From an uncultured virus (IMG/VR IMGVR_UViG_3300037520_001345) (lineage: Duplodnaviria; Heunggongvirae; Uroviricota; Caudoviricetes), in IMG/VR virus record IMGVR_UViG_3300037520_001345: DNA of 64,000 nt. One strand, written 5' to 3'. A model generated the notes under the pieces. It had not been told where the DNA came from and did no database searches. It worked only from the letters and a program-made list of their open reading frames with translations. Positions 18,469 to 28,492 of this stretch are shown here, one piece after another (position 1 is the first letter of the stretch; each line of letters opens with the position of its first letter). A program made the position numbers and the translations under genes.

Positions 18469-20148
18469 ATGACTAATCAAAAACATAAAACTAGAATTTT
18501 AGTATGTTCAGAATCATCTAAAGTTTCTTCAGGCTTTGGAACATACAATAAAGCCTTGCTAAAAGGATTATTTGAAAGCAATAAATATGAAATTGCTGAG
18601 TTTGCTTCATATGGATTAATAGGGGATAAAGAAAAGTTTAATATCCCATGGAAGTACTATCCAAATGCGATAGAAAAAGATGATAAAAGAGAACAGTTAT
18701 ATAATAGCTCTCCCGAAAACCAATTCGGCAAATGGCGTTTTGATAGAGTTGTTTTAGATTTTAAGCCGGAAATAGTTATAGACATTAGAGATTATTGGAT
18801 GTCTGCGTATCAGAGGTTTTCTCCTTTACGCAAATATTTTCATTGGATTCTTATGCCAACCATAGATTCATTTCCTCAAAAAGAGGAATGGCTAGATACT
18901 TATATCAATGCTAATGCTGTATTTACATATAGTGACTGGGGAGCAGAAGTCCTAAAACAGCAAACAAGTAATAAGATTAAATATATATCAACAGCATCTC
19001 CAGCAGCTAATGCCTCAAGTTATCAGCAGGTTTCACTAGCTCAAAAACAAGAAATAAAGGGTTCATTAGCTCTATCAAAAGACAATATCGTCATTGGTAC
19101 TGTAATGAGAAACCAAAAGAGAAAACTTTTCCCTGAATTAATCCAAGCTTTCGAAGCGTTAGTTGATCGTTTGCGTAATGAACAATCAGAAAAAAGCAAT
19201 CAAATTATATTATATTTGCACACAAGTTATCCCGATGCTGGATGGGATATGTTTGAGTTAATCAAGAATAGTAAGGTTTCAAATAAAATATACTTTACAT
19301 ATTGGTGCAGAAGCTGCAACGCTATTTTTGCATCAAATTTAGCTGGCTTTACACAAAAATGCTATAAGTGTAAACAAAAGTCTGCCATAATACCGAATGT
19401 TGGAAACGCTATAGGAGAAGCGGCATTAGGTAAAATAATGTCAATATTCGATGTATATGTTCAATATTCTATCTGTGAAGGCTTTGGTATGCCCCAGGTT
19501 GAGGCAAGCTACTGTGGGGTTCCTGTTTTAACCGTAAATTATAGCGCAATGGAGGACATGATTAAAAAAATCAATGCCCAACCCATTAAGCTCGGATTAA
19601 AATTCAAAGAATTGGAAACAGGGGCTATCAGAGTATATCCAGATAAAGATGATACTGTAGATAAATTATATTCTTTGATCCATAAACCTCAGAATATATT
19701 AGCTAAAATAGGTTTTACTAATAAAAATTTAGCAACCAATGAGTACTCCTGGCAGGATACTGTTCAGAAGTGGATGGATTATATAGACACTGTTGATACG
19801 GATTACTATCGTAGTCGATGGGAAAATATGTCTTATCAACAAATTCCAACTATAAATATTAATCCAGAAATAAGAGATAAAACAGTTTATGAACAAATTT
19901 ATAGTCTACATAATCAATTTAAATCAACAGGACTAGATATGTCTACCTATTGGTTATTAAAAAACATATATTTTGCACAAAACTCAATGCTGTACGACGG
20001 AGCGTCTGTTGTGTCGTACTCTATTAATAATATTATCAAAGATATCAATAGTATTATTACTAACTATAATAATGTAGAATATGCTAGATGTAATCCGTCA
20101 TTGTTAACTAGTGAAGATTTTATAGATTATGCAAACAAAACAACCTAA
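18469..20148 (+). CDS. GT-B (GT4-like) glycosyltransferase with inserted Zn ribbon
   Basis: SSGFGTY, VMRNQKRK, YLHT, FDVYVQYSICEGFGMPQVEA; start moved downstream of the terminator to ATG 18469. Confidence 0.88.
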   Translation: MTNQKHKTRILVCSESSKVSSGFGTYNKALLKGLFESNKYEIAEFASYGLIGDKEKFNIPWKYYPNAIEKDDKREQLYNSSPENQFGKWRFDRVVLDFKPEIVIDIRDYWMSAYQRFSPLRKYFHWILMPTIDSFPQKEEWLDTYINANAVFTYSDWGAEVLKQQTSNKIKYISTASPAANASSYQQVSLAQKQEIKGSLALSKDNIVIGTVMRNQKRKLFPELIQAFEALVDRLRNEQSEKSNQIILYLHTSYPDAGWDMFELIKNSKVSNKIYFTYWCRSCNAIFASNLAGFTQKCYKCKQKSAIIPNVGNAIGEAALGKIMSIFDVYVQYSICEGFGMPQVEASYCGVPVLTVNYSAMEDMIKKINAQPIKLGLKFKELETGAIRVYPDKDDTVDKLYSLIHKPQNILAKIGFTNKNLATNEYSWQDTVQKWMDYIDTVDTDYYRSRWENMSYQQIPTININPEIRDKTVYEQIYSLHNQFKSTGLDMSTYWLLKNIYFAQNSMLYDGASVVSYSINNIIKDINSIITNYNNVEYARCNPSLLTSEDFIDYANKTT

Positions 20149-21247
20149 AAATATATTATACATAGCTCCATATAGACAGCATGATGGTTGGGGACTAGCG
20201 TCTAGAGATTATCTATTAGCTTTATTAAGCACACACCATAATGTGGTTCCCGTCTCTTTCTATACTAATAGAGGAGCTAAATGTGTTATAGATAATAAAC
20301 AAATACTTAATGCGGAAAAACAATCCTATACTTATTATGATTATGTTATACAAAAATCTATGCCTCAGTCTTTTGTGTATAATGGAGATTTTGGGAAAAA
20401 TATAGGATTAACAGTTATAGAAAACAATAGATTCTTTTCCTCCGGAATAGCATCTATTAATATTATGGATCAGTTATTAGTCCCGTCTTTAAAAGAAAAA
20501 AATGCACTGATAAATTCTGGTGTTCGTATACCAATATCGACTATTTCTCAACCCATCGATACTAATCTAATAAAAAATCATTCAAGTAAAGTATTAGATA
20601 TGGGCTTATCCTCTAATACGTTTAAATTTTATTTTATTGGAGAATATATTCAAAGAAAAAACATAAAAGATATTATTATTGCTTTTAATTTAGAATTCGA
20701 TATTAACGAACCAGTAGAACTAATAATAAAAACATCTATGCCGGGATTAACAAGCGAACAAGCTAAACAACATATAGAGCAAGATATTGTAAAACTGAAA
20801 ACACGCTTCAGAATTAAAAATAAATATAAGACAGAAACCATAATTACTAAACGACTATCAGATTTAGAGATGCAATCATTACACAAAACGTGCGATTGTT
20901 TTGTTGCCGTATCCTATGGAGAAGCATTTTGTAGACCAGCGGCAGAAGCGGTTTGTTCTGGCAACACGGCTATCCTATCAGACGGTATTGGTATCTCAGA
21001 AATGTTAGACACTGATGACTTTTATTATGTGCAAAGCTCTGAGCAACCAGTACTCATGGAAGACACAACATATGTAAATGGTCTAGATTTTTATAATGCA
21101 AATGAGACATGGTTTATTCCAAGTATTATGCATTTAAGACAACAAATGAGATCTGCTTTTAATGATAAAAAAACTGTTTCTGATACTAAATATTTAGAGA
21201 GATTCAGTTACAATAATATAGGACAACAAATATGTCAATCAATTTAA
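20129..21247 (+). CDS. GT-B (GT4-like) glycosyltransferase
   Basis: GWGLASRDY, FYFIGEYIQRKN, CDCFVAVSYGEAFCRPAAEA. Confidence 0.85.
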   Translation: MQTKQPKNILYIAPYRQHDGWGLASRDYLLALLSTHHNVVPVSFYTNRGAKCVIDNKQILNAEKQSYTYYDYVIQKSMPQSFVYNGDFGKNIGLTVIENNRFFSSGIASINIMDQLLVPSLKEKNALINSGVRIPISTISQPIDTNLIKNHSSKVLDMGLSSNTFKFYFIGEYIQRKNIKDIIIAFNLEFDINEPVELIIKTSMPGLTSEQAKQHIEQDIVKLKTRFRIKNKYKTETIITKRLSDLEMQSLHKTCDCFVAVSYGEAFCRPAAEAVCSGNTAILSDGIGISEMLDTDDFYYVQSSEQPVLMEDTTYVNGLDFYNANETWFIPSIMHLRQQMRSAFNDKKTVSDTKYLERFSYNNIGQQICQSI

Positions 21248-22119
21248 TGAAAAATATTATTCATAAATATAATTCTATAGATACTAATATATTTTGTAGT
21301 TTTAATACCAGAAATTTATATCTAGATAGTTTGATTTTACCGACAGAAAAGACATCCTATTTCAGTACTCAAAATAATGGTAATAATGCTATAACTCAAA
21401 TTAATGATATTCAATTTTTTAATTATGATTTTATCTTAACTAATTATCTAAACGAACAGATCATTAATTTGTCTAATACGTCAGAAATACCTTTAGTATT
21501 AGTGACACAGACAACCGCCTCTGATATAAATCTAGAATTACTAAATAGCATAGATAATTTATATTATTTAACAATAGCTGATTCTGAACACAATGTTGCT
21601 GACAAATATAAAGACAGGGTTTTACAAATACCTCTATGTTCAAGTACGGAAGCTCCAGTAATTAAAGATATAGATAAAATTAAAGATATTGCGATTATCA
21701 ATTATAATACAACCAAAATTAATCCTAGCATAATTGCTTTATTAAAAAACAATCAATTGAGTTGCGATACACTAGACATATATCCTGCTTCTATAAACGA
21801 CCTGATTACCACATTGTCTCGTTATAGGTACTGTATAGATTTTTCTAATGCATCCCCTCTGGAATGTTTTGCTAGCATCATAGCAAAAGCTTTTTATATC
21901 AGCACAGGCAAAAATACTATATTGTATAATAATCTATTTAATACTGTTTCTATCTCTAATGAGGATGAACTAGTTAAAGTTTTGAATAAAACTATTAATA
22001 CAATTTCATGTTCTTTATTTGGTCAAGATAATAATGTTTTGTCTAACCTAATATCGGATGATAGAAATGATAAACTACAACTTTTTTTTGACAAACTAAC
22101 AGCTACAAGGTATTATTAA
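21232..22119 (+). CDS. Hypothetical protein, possibly degenerate GT-B fold
   Basis: LSRYRYCIDFS..SPLECFAS weakly resembles the GT-B C-terminal motif; cluster context. Confidence 0.45.
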   Translation: MSINLMKNIIHKYNSIDTNIFCSFNTRNLYLDSLILPTEKTSYFSTQNNGNNAITQINDIQFFNYDFILTNYLNEQIINLSNTSEIPLVLVTQTTASDINLELLNSIDNLYYLTIADSEHNVADKYKDRVLQIPLCSSTEAPVIKDIDKIKDIAIINYNTTKINPSIIALLKNNQLSCDTLDIYPASINDLITTLSRYRYCIDFSNASPLECFASIIAKAFYISTGKNTILYNNLFNTVSISNEDELVKVLNKTINTISCSLFGQDNNVLSNLISDDRNDKLQLFFDKLTATRYY

Positions 22120-22121
22120 AT

Positions 22122-22541
22122 ATGCTCAAGAATAAAAGTATTAATCTATATATTACAGAAAATCATATTGTTAGTGATTTTACTCCTGTACACGTTAGTG
22201 AACTACAAAAAGTATCCAATGGATCTGTAGACACTATGATTTGTAATTTTTTAGATGAATTAACATTAGAGCAAAGAAATGCTATTTTTCTAGAAATGTC
22301 TCATAAGCTGAAAAAAGATGGATTATTAAAGTTACGATTTATAGATTTAGACACATTCGGTATAGACCTCTATCGTAATAGAATAGATTTTGAAAATTTT
22401 AATCAAATATTAAATGCACATAAATCCATGTGGGATCAATCATTTATAGTTCATGTGTGTTCTCAGCTACCTAATTTACGTATTTTAGAAAATAATATTT
22501 CTGGTTTATTTAAAATTTTAACAGTTCAAAGAATCAAATAA
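22122..22541 (+). CDS. Class I methyltransferase-like fragment
   Basis: NGSVDTMIC...FLEMSHKLKKDGLLKL; no glycine-rich motif I. Confidence 0.5.
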   Translation: MLKNKSINLYITENHIVSDFTPVHVSELQKVSNGSVDTMICNFLDELTLEQRNAIFLEMSHKLKKDGLLKLRFIDLDTFGIDLYRNRIDFENFNQILNAHKSMWDQSFIVHVCSQLPNLRILENNISGLFKILTVQRIK

Positions 22542-22546
22542 TTATT

Positions 22547-23317
22547 ATGAAGACAAAATGTAACAAATGCATATTTAAAATTACAGACGAAAACAATAAA
22601 CAAACATCCTGTCAGCTGGGGGTAACGGAGAGAATTGTTAATAAGCTACAGCTGTTATACAATAAAGACAACCTGGAAGTTGACGAGACAACAAATAGCT
22701 ATATTATTAATGATTTTTATTGTCCTTATGCAAGATTGGCTGAGTGGGCATCTGTTGTACAAGACAATAATCCAACAGACGAATCTTTAGAAAACATTGT
22801 TCTTAAAGAATCTACTATAAACTACTACTTATTAGTGTTCTTGTCATCATCTGATAAAAACTATATTAATAAGACATTAGACAATATTAATAACTTAGTT
22901 TCAAAACCAAGATTAATATCATTTATTATTCGTAAAACAAATACTAATATCAAAGACAATGTTGCAAAATACATAGAAGAATATAATCTCCCAATCAAAT
23001 GGAAGATTCACTTTGTGGTCGATGATACCAGCGACAATATGATATTAGATAGCGTCCTTAGAACTGGTCTACCTCCGATAGCAGCACTGATTTTTGTCAT
23101 TAAAAATGATTTCACAACAGAACAAATTGATTCCTCTCAAGAAATATTCAAGCATTGCATAAATAAAAAAATTATTGTATCAGAACAGCTTACGGATAGG
23201 GATTTTCAAAAATTAGCTATTCCAACATCTTTTTATACGGCGATGGATAAGAATATAGATTTCGTGATAGATGAAATACATCGAGTAACAGATCTATACA
23301 ACATAGAGATTATATGA
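22547..23317 (+). CDS. Hypothetical protein with N-terminal CxxC...C...C cluster
   Basis: KCNKCIF...SCQLG...FYCPY. Confidence 0.55.
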   Translation: MKTKCNKCIFKITDENNKQTSCQLGVTERIVNKLQLLYNKDNLEVDETTNSYIINDFYCPYARLAEWASVVQDNNPTDESLENIVLKESTINYYLLVFLSSSDKNYINKTLDNINNLVSKPRLISFIIRKTNTNIKDNVAKYIEEYNLPIKWKIHFVVDDTSDNMILDSVLRTGLPPIAALIFVIKNDFTTEQIDSSQEIFKHCINKKIIVSEQLTDRDFQKLAIPTSFYTAMDKNIDFVIDEIHRVTDLYNIEII

Positions 23318-23994
23318 TTAATATCGTTATTTTAGCTTGTGAAATACCAAAAGGTATGAAGTCCTATGGGCCCAAAGCTATTCTGACAATAGATCCCAAA
23401 AATAAAAAACCGTTGATAGTGAAGCAAATAGAGTTACTACAACATGCTTATAAAGGACATAAGCATCAAATACATATAGTGTTGGGATTTCATGCTGATA
23501 AAGTATTAGAGATTCTAAAAACATTTAAAGTATTAAACAGTAGTATTAATATTATTTATAATGATAAATTTGAAATAACTAATCAGTTGTATAGTTTTAC
23601 TAGATGTTTAGACCATATAAAAGATGGGTCTATTATGGTATATTCCAGCGGTATAGTCTCATCATATAAACCTAAAAATTTAGAAGAATCTAGTTTGATT
23701 GCACTAGCTAACAACGATAAAGAAAATCATTTCGATATAGGCATAGGACACAATCAGATGAAAGCCGAATACCTGTGCTACGACCTCGATTTACTGTGGG
23801 CAGAGATGTGCTATTTTTCACACAAAGATATCCAAAATATTAAAAATATTACACAACGTATGGCTGGTATTAAAATACAAAATATGTTTTTATTTGAATA
23901 TATAAATTTACTTATAGAACATAATATTGTATTCAATATAGATAAAGTAAACCCTGTAAAAATTAAAAAAATTATTAATCATAAATCCATATGA
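23314..23994 (+). CDS. Nucleotidyltransferase-like protein (LicC/NTP-transferase fold, degenerate)
   Basis: IVILACEIPKGMKSYGPKAIL, IVLGF, IIYNDKFEITNQLYS. Confidence 0.65.
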   Translation: MINIVILACEIPKGMKSYGPKAILTIDPKNKKPLIVKQIELLQHAYKGHKHQIHIVLGFHADKVLEILKTFKVLNSSINIIYNDKFEITNQLYSFTRCLDHIKDGSIMVYSSGIVSSYKPKNLEESSLIALANNDKENHFDIGIGHNQMKAEYLCYDLDLLWAEMCYFSHKDIQNIKNITQRMAGIKIQNMFLFEYINLLIEHNIVFNIDKVNPVKIKKIINHKSI

Positions 23995-24749
23995 ACATAT
24001 ATTCTAATAATAATCCTTCTAGAACCAATCTTTTGTTTTATAAAAACATCTGTAATATTACAGGTGTTGTGTCTATGAATTTATTTAATCCAGATAATAT
24101 TTACGAAATAATTTTACATTATAAGCCTAAATATTTATTATTAGATAATTATGTATTATCAAATTACCATATACAAAATTGCATAAATGATATTATACAA
24201 AAAAATTTAATCACTAATACAAAAATTGTTTTATTAAATACTGAAAATACTAATAATATTAAGAATGAAAATTTTGTCTTTATTAGTACTAATGATTATT
24301 TGTTATATGATGAATATCCTAATACTAGTAATAATCAAACAACAAGCAATAGTTCATATATATTATGCAATATGTCTTGTCTAGAAGCTCCTGATATGAT
24401 AGGATCTCTAAATAAACTATTCTACCCCGAGAATACAACTATGCCAGTTAAATTGATTAATAATCCCAAAGTAGAGCATGTACAGAATCTGGGTGTTGCA
24501 TCAGAGGATAAAATCTTGAATCTTATCAAGCAGTGTGCTTATTATATAAATATAGATAATTTGTATTATGTAGACGCATTAATGATGAAAAAACCAGTTA
24601 TTAATTTGATATCTAATCAACTATTATCTGTTAAGAAACCAGATACTATTGATACTATAGATAGTTGTTCCTTTAGAGTAGAAAATTTATCTATAGATAG
24701 TAATAAATTTATTTCCAATATCACAAAACAATTAGGATTATCTGTATGA
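23991..24749 (+). CDS. Hypothetical protein (glycosylation cluster)
   Basis: ATGA overlaps; YVDALMMKKPVI resembles the GT-B EA..xgxPV motif. Confidence 0.5.
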   Translation: MNIYSNNNPSRTNLLFYKNICNITGVVSMNLFNPDNIYEIILHYKPKYLLLDNYVLSNYHIQNCINDIIQKNLITNTKIVLLNTENTNNIKNENFVFISTNDYLLYDEYPNTSNNQTTSNSSYILCNMSCLEAPDMIGSLNKLFYPENTTMPVKLINNPKVEHVQNLGVASEDKILNLIKQCAYYINIDNLYYVDALMMKKPVINLISNQLLSVKKPDTIDTIDSCSFRVENLSIDSNKFISNITKQLGLSV

Positions 24750-25198
24750 ATTTAGGTATGATGTGCATTGTTTCAGACGATTCGTGTCATGGCATTGTTA
24801 GTGCTCTGAACGAATTAACATATCATCATGACGATATTAATCTACGAATGTTTACGTTTGGATACAATACAGAAAATATTTTAAAGAATTTTCCAGTATT
24901 GCCTATACACGAAGCTAAATACTGTTATGATACACTCATTACTTGGGATATTTTATCAATTGATTTGGCAATTAATTTTCCAAATATTAAACATATTTTT
25001 TATATTCATAACGATAATGTAGCGTGGACGAAAAACTATAATATTAATTATGAATTATGGGAAAAGATTTTCGATAATCCAAAAATAGATGTTATTACTT
25101 GTAATAAAGACATTGACACACTACTTCAATTAACATGGAAAAAACCTATCTATATAGAAGCATTAACTCCGGAAAACATATACAATGTCATACGATAA
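24746..25198 (+). CDS. Hypothetical protein (glycosylation cluster)
   Basis: ATGA overlap; operon packing. Confidence 0.55.
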   Translation: MNLGMMCIVSDDSCHGIVSALNELTYHHDDINLRMFTFGYNTENILKNFPVLPIHEAKYCYDTLITWDILSIDLAINFPNIKHIFYIHNDNVAWTKNYNINYELWEKIFDNPKIDVITCNKDIDTLLQLTWKKPIYIEALTPENIYNVIR

Positions 25199-25976
25199 TT
25201 TGTCCGATAATCAAAAACAAAAGATCTTAGAACAACAATACGATATTGGTAAATTAAGTTTTATAGATCTGGCTAAAAAATACGAAACATATCCTAATAA
25301 ATTGCGTCGTGATGCTATTAAGTTTGGAATTAAAATTAGAGACAAGAGCGAAGCGCAAAAAAACGCACTAGCGAATGGATCTCATAAACATCCAACAAAG
25401 GGAAAAATACGCACAGAAGAAGAAAAACAAAAAATTGGTTTAGGAGTTTACGAATCTTGGCAAGCTCTTGACGAAAATGCTCTTAAAGAAAGACAAGAAA
25501 AAGCTAAAATAGCGTGGAGTAATAAATCTCACGACGAGAAACAAAATATACTACACAAAGCTAATATGGCTGTCAGAGAATCTTCAAAAACCGGATCCAA
25601 GTTAGAGAATTTTTTATTATATAAACTACTAGAATGCGACTACAAAGTAGACTTCCATAAGGAACAAATTTTATCAAATACGAGATTGCAAATTGATCTG
25701 TTTCTGCCTACTATGTCCGTAGCGATAGAAGTAGATGGTCCTTCTCATTTTGAACCAGTATGGGGCGAGGATGTACTAAAGAAAAATCAAAAATACGATA
25801 CTAAAAAGAATGGTTTAATCTTAGGTAAAGAGTTGGTCTTGATAAGAATTAAGCAAACAAAAGATTATTCTGACACAAGGGCGCGGATATTATTAGAAAA
25901 ACTACTTGATGAATTACGAACTATAAAAAATAAATTTCCAGATAGAGACAAAAGATACATAGAAATAGAGGATTAA
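25185..25976 (+). CDS. HTH + NUMOD3-like + Vsr/DUF559 endonuclease (homing-endonuclease-like)
   Basis: LSFIDLAKKYETYP; KGKIRTEEEKQKIG; SKLE...QIDLFLP..VAIEVDGPSHF...D. Confidence 0.75.
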   Translation: MSYDNLSDNQKQKILEQQYDIGKLSFIDLAKKYETYPNKLRRDAIKFGIKIRDKSEAQKNALANGSHKHPTKGKIRTEEEKQKIGLGVYESWQALDENALKERQEKAKIAWSNKSHDEKQNILHKANMAVRESSKTGSKLENFLLYKLLECDYKVDFHKEQILSNTRLQIDLFLPTMSVAIEVDGPSHFEPVWGEDVLKKNQKYDTKKNGLILGKELVLIRIKQTKDYSDTRARILLEKLLDELRTIKNKFPDRDKRYIEIED

Positions 25977-25982
25977 AAGATA

Positions 25983-26714
25983 ATGATTAAAATCAAAAAA
26001 GAGGCTCCTGTAGAACCTGTTGAAACAACGACCGAAGCACCTTCGTCTCCTTTGTCATATAATGACGTTGGTTGGAATGATTATGTTTTGAGCCTTCTCA
26101 CAGACGAGGAAAAAATAGACGGAAATCCCACTGTCGATGGTTTGCGTCGAGTCTTTGAATTGGCCTTAAATTGTGTGGTAGTTCACTCTAATACAGATAT
26201 TGTTCAATCTCCTACTCCGGAGAATGAAAAAAGAGCAACAGTAACTCACACCCTGACCTACGTATTAAATTCTGTGGTCTGTAGCGACGAAGATTTAAAA
26301 GTCAGGTCGGTAACTGGCTCTGCGGACGTTTATTGGGGCAATTGTGATAAAATCTACCGTAATCACCCTGTTGCTGTAGCAGAAACCAGAGCAGAAGGAA
26401 GAGCCCTAAGAAGAGGATTAAGATTAAGAAAAGTGGTGGCAGCAGAAGAACTATCATCTGCTATAGAAGACGATCCAAATGGGGATAGTGTGAACAAAAT
26501 TGCTCCTAATCAGTTAAATTTTATGGATACTTTAGGACAAAGATTAAATATTAATATCTTGCATCTCCTATCATCATTAGATATTATAGAGGATAATGTG
26601 CATAATATATCTCATACTGATGGTATTCGGGTTATCAGGGAACTGTCCCGTTATCAGCAAAATATGAATGATATACCGGAAAAACTTATGGGCTATGAAT
26701 CTAACTGGAGATAG
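25983..26714 (+). CDS. Putative single-strand annealing protein (Rad52/Sak/RecT-like)
   Basis: TVDGLRR...VTGSAD...HPVAVAETRAEGRALRRGL resembles the SSAP core helix. Confidence 0.5.
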   Translation: MIKIKKEAPVEPVETTTEAPSSPLSYNDVGWNDYVLSLLTDEEKIDGNPTVDGLRRVFELALNCVVVHSNTDIVQSPTPENEKRATVTHTLTYVLNSVVCSDEDLKVRSVTGSADVYWGNCDKIYRNHPVAVAETRAEGRALRRGLRLRKVVAAEELSSAIEDDPNGDSVNKIAPNQLNFMDTLGQRLNINILHLLSSLDIIEDNVHNISHTDGIRVIRELSRYQQNMNDIPEKLMGYESNWR

Positions 26715-26716
26715 TT

Positions 26717-27055
26717 ATGAAAGTGAATTATAAAGCAAATAATAAACTACAATTTGAAATAGAAGCAGAAGGACAAAAAGAAGTCTTTAAAGAATTAGCT
26801 AGTGTACAAGAAATTTTTGGCGAAGAACAATGTGGGGTATGCAAAGGAGCAGATCTAAAATTTGTTGTTCGCAATGTTGAGAGCAACGATTATTATGAAA
26901 TGAGGTGTGGTTCTCAAGGATGTGGGGCTACACTAGCGTTTGGACAGCATAAAAAAGGTGGAACGTTATTTCCCAAAAGGAAAGACGATCAAAACAATTG
27001 GTTACCCAATAAAGGTTGGCACAAGTGGCAAAAAGAGAAAGACAAAGACGACTGA
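26717..27055 (+). CDS. Zn-binding hypothetical protein
   Basis: CGVCKG...RCGSQGCG. Confidence 0.65.
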   Translation: MKVNYKANNKLQFEIEAEGQKEVFKELASVQEIFGEEQCGVCKGADLKFVVRNVESNDYYEMRCGSQGCGATLAFGQHKKGGTLFPKRKDDQNNWLPNKGWHKWQKEKDKDD

Positions 27056-27960
27056 TCGACTGGTGGATAGAAACTGGAACTTTACAGTCTTTAATCGTAC
27101 ATACGATAGTATTATTGCTACTCTTACTGTATGTACCAGAACAAAAATATTGTAAAAAAATTGCTATTGATCTACAATTTTCCAATGATCAAATAGAAGA
27201 TATTAATTTAGATCCGTTGGTATCTATTGAAGAACTAACGGATAAACAAAAAGGGGCAAAAGAAGTATCTGATGATACTACTTTGGCTTCATATACAGAA
27301 ATTCAAATAGAACCAGAACAGCTGTCTGTTGATGGAATAGAAATACCTGATAATGCATCTGTAAATGATACTCTTCCTATCATAGATAATGCTACTTTGT
27401 TAGCAAGTATAAATAATAACTCCCAAGAAGATATTATTTCTCATGGATCAGGTTCCGGAAATATCCCTAGTGGTCATAATGGAACAGACGAAATGGGTAG
27501 AAGACTTGGGGCTAATGGAGCAAAAACTGGTGATGTGCAAGCGTCTATTATATGGAATAACACAAACGATATTGATCTATGGATAATGTGCAGAGCAAAA
27601 GATAAAGTTGATCCTATTAATTGGCAGAATCCTGTTGGTATGACAGGAGGTTGTTTAGATATAGATAGAAATGCTAACCCTAATTTGCTAACTATAGAAC
27701 CTGTAGAAAATATTTTTTGGCCAAGAGGTCATGCTCCTTATGGCATGTATGATGTTTATCTTCATTATTTTAAACAGTGGGATAGAAGACAATCTAATAC
27801 AAAAGTTCAGATTAGAATAATGTACGGTAATAAAATTATAGAAAAAACGCAAACACTAACACATCAAGGTCAACTAATCAAAATTCATTCTTTTAAAATT
27901 AATCAGAATACATTGCCTATAAAAACAGTTAAATCTCAAGATCTGTCGATTCTGGAATAG
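27016..27960 (+). CDS. Membrane-anchored protein with C-terminal YfaP/DUF2135-like domain
   Basis: SLIVHTIVLLLLLLYV TM; acidic linker; GDVQASIIWNNTNDIDLW...GGCLDID...VENIFW...GMYDVYLHYF. Confidence 0.7.
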   Translation: MAQVAKRERQRRLIDWWIETGTLQSLIVHTIVLLLLLLYVPEQKYCKKIAIDLQFSNDQIEDINLDPLVSIEELTDKQKGAKEVSDDTTLASYTEIQIEPEQLSVDGIEIPDNASVNDTLPIIDNATLLASINNNSQEDIISHGSGSGNIPSGHNGTDEMGRRLGANGAKTGDVQASIIWNNTNDIDLWIMCRAKDKVDPINWQNPVGMTGGCLDIDRNANPNLLTIEPVENIFWPRGHAPYGMYDVYLHYFKQWDRRQSNTKVQIRIMYGNKIIEKTQTLTHQGQLIKIHSFKINQNTLPIKTVKSQDLSILE

Positions 27961-28480
27961 GACCCCATTTTTCTACTGGGCATTTTTGATCAGCCCATAG
28001 TAGTTTATTCATATAGGTTTTTTCTCTAGATAATGCACATCCACACTTTAAACAGGTATTATTCTTATAAAACTCACAACCATGACAAATTTTTAATCTT
28101 TCGTCTATTTGCGCCTGAGTACATTGTTTTCTGTTTTGGTTATCATTTTCGTATTGTTGTGGTCTAGGAGGTTTTGTTTCTAAGGCATTACCTCCAAATG
28201 GTTTATAAAACCACCAATCCTCTAAAATAGCTGTTGGTTGAGTATCTTTGGTTACGGATACGAATGTTTTTCCTCCGTCGTTTGAAACAGCAACTTCTGC
28301 TAATTTGACCTGATTTACGTCCGGATTCATAGCGGACACATCGGTTAAAACTGGACACATAGGCAATGAAGCTGGATGGTAATTTTTTTGATCAACTACA
28401 TTACCACAATGTTGACATACATATAAATTAGGATTTAAATTTGATTGTTGAAAAGAACAAAAAATATTTACATCTGTCAT
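27929..28480 (-). CDS. Cys-rich protein, last gene of the tail operon; C-terminal domain paralogous to 5939..6214
   Basis: CQHCG; ERLKICHGCE...CLKCGC...NKLLWADQKCPVEKW; AGGA SD. Confidence 0.75.
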   Translation of the reverse strand: MTDVNIFCSFQQSNLNPNLYVCQHCGNVVDQKNYHPASLPMCPVLTDVSAMNPDVNQVKLAEVAVSNDGGKTFVSVTKDTQPTAILEDWWFYKPFGGNALETKPPRPQQYENDNQNRKQCTQAQIDERLKICHGCEFYKNNTCLKCGCALSREKTYMNKLLWADQKCPVEKWGPIPESTDLEI

Positions 28481-28492
28481 ATAAAATTCCTT

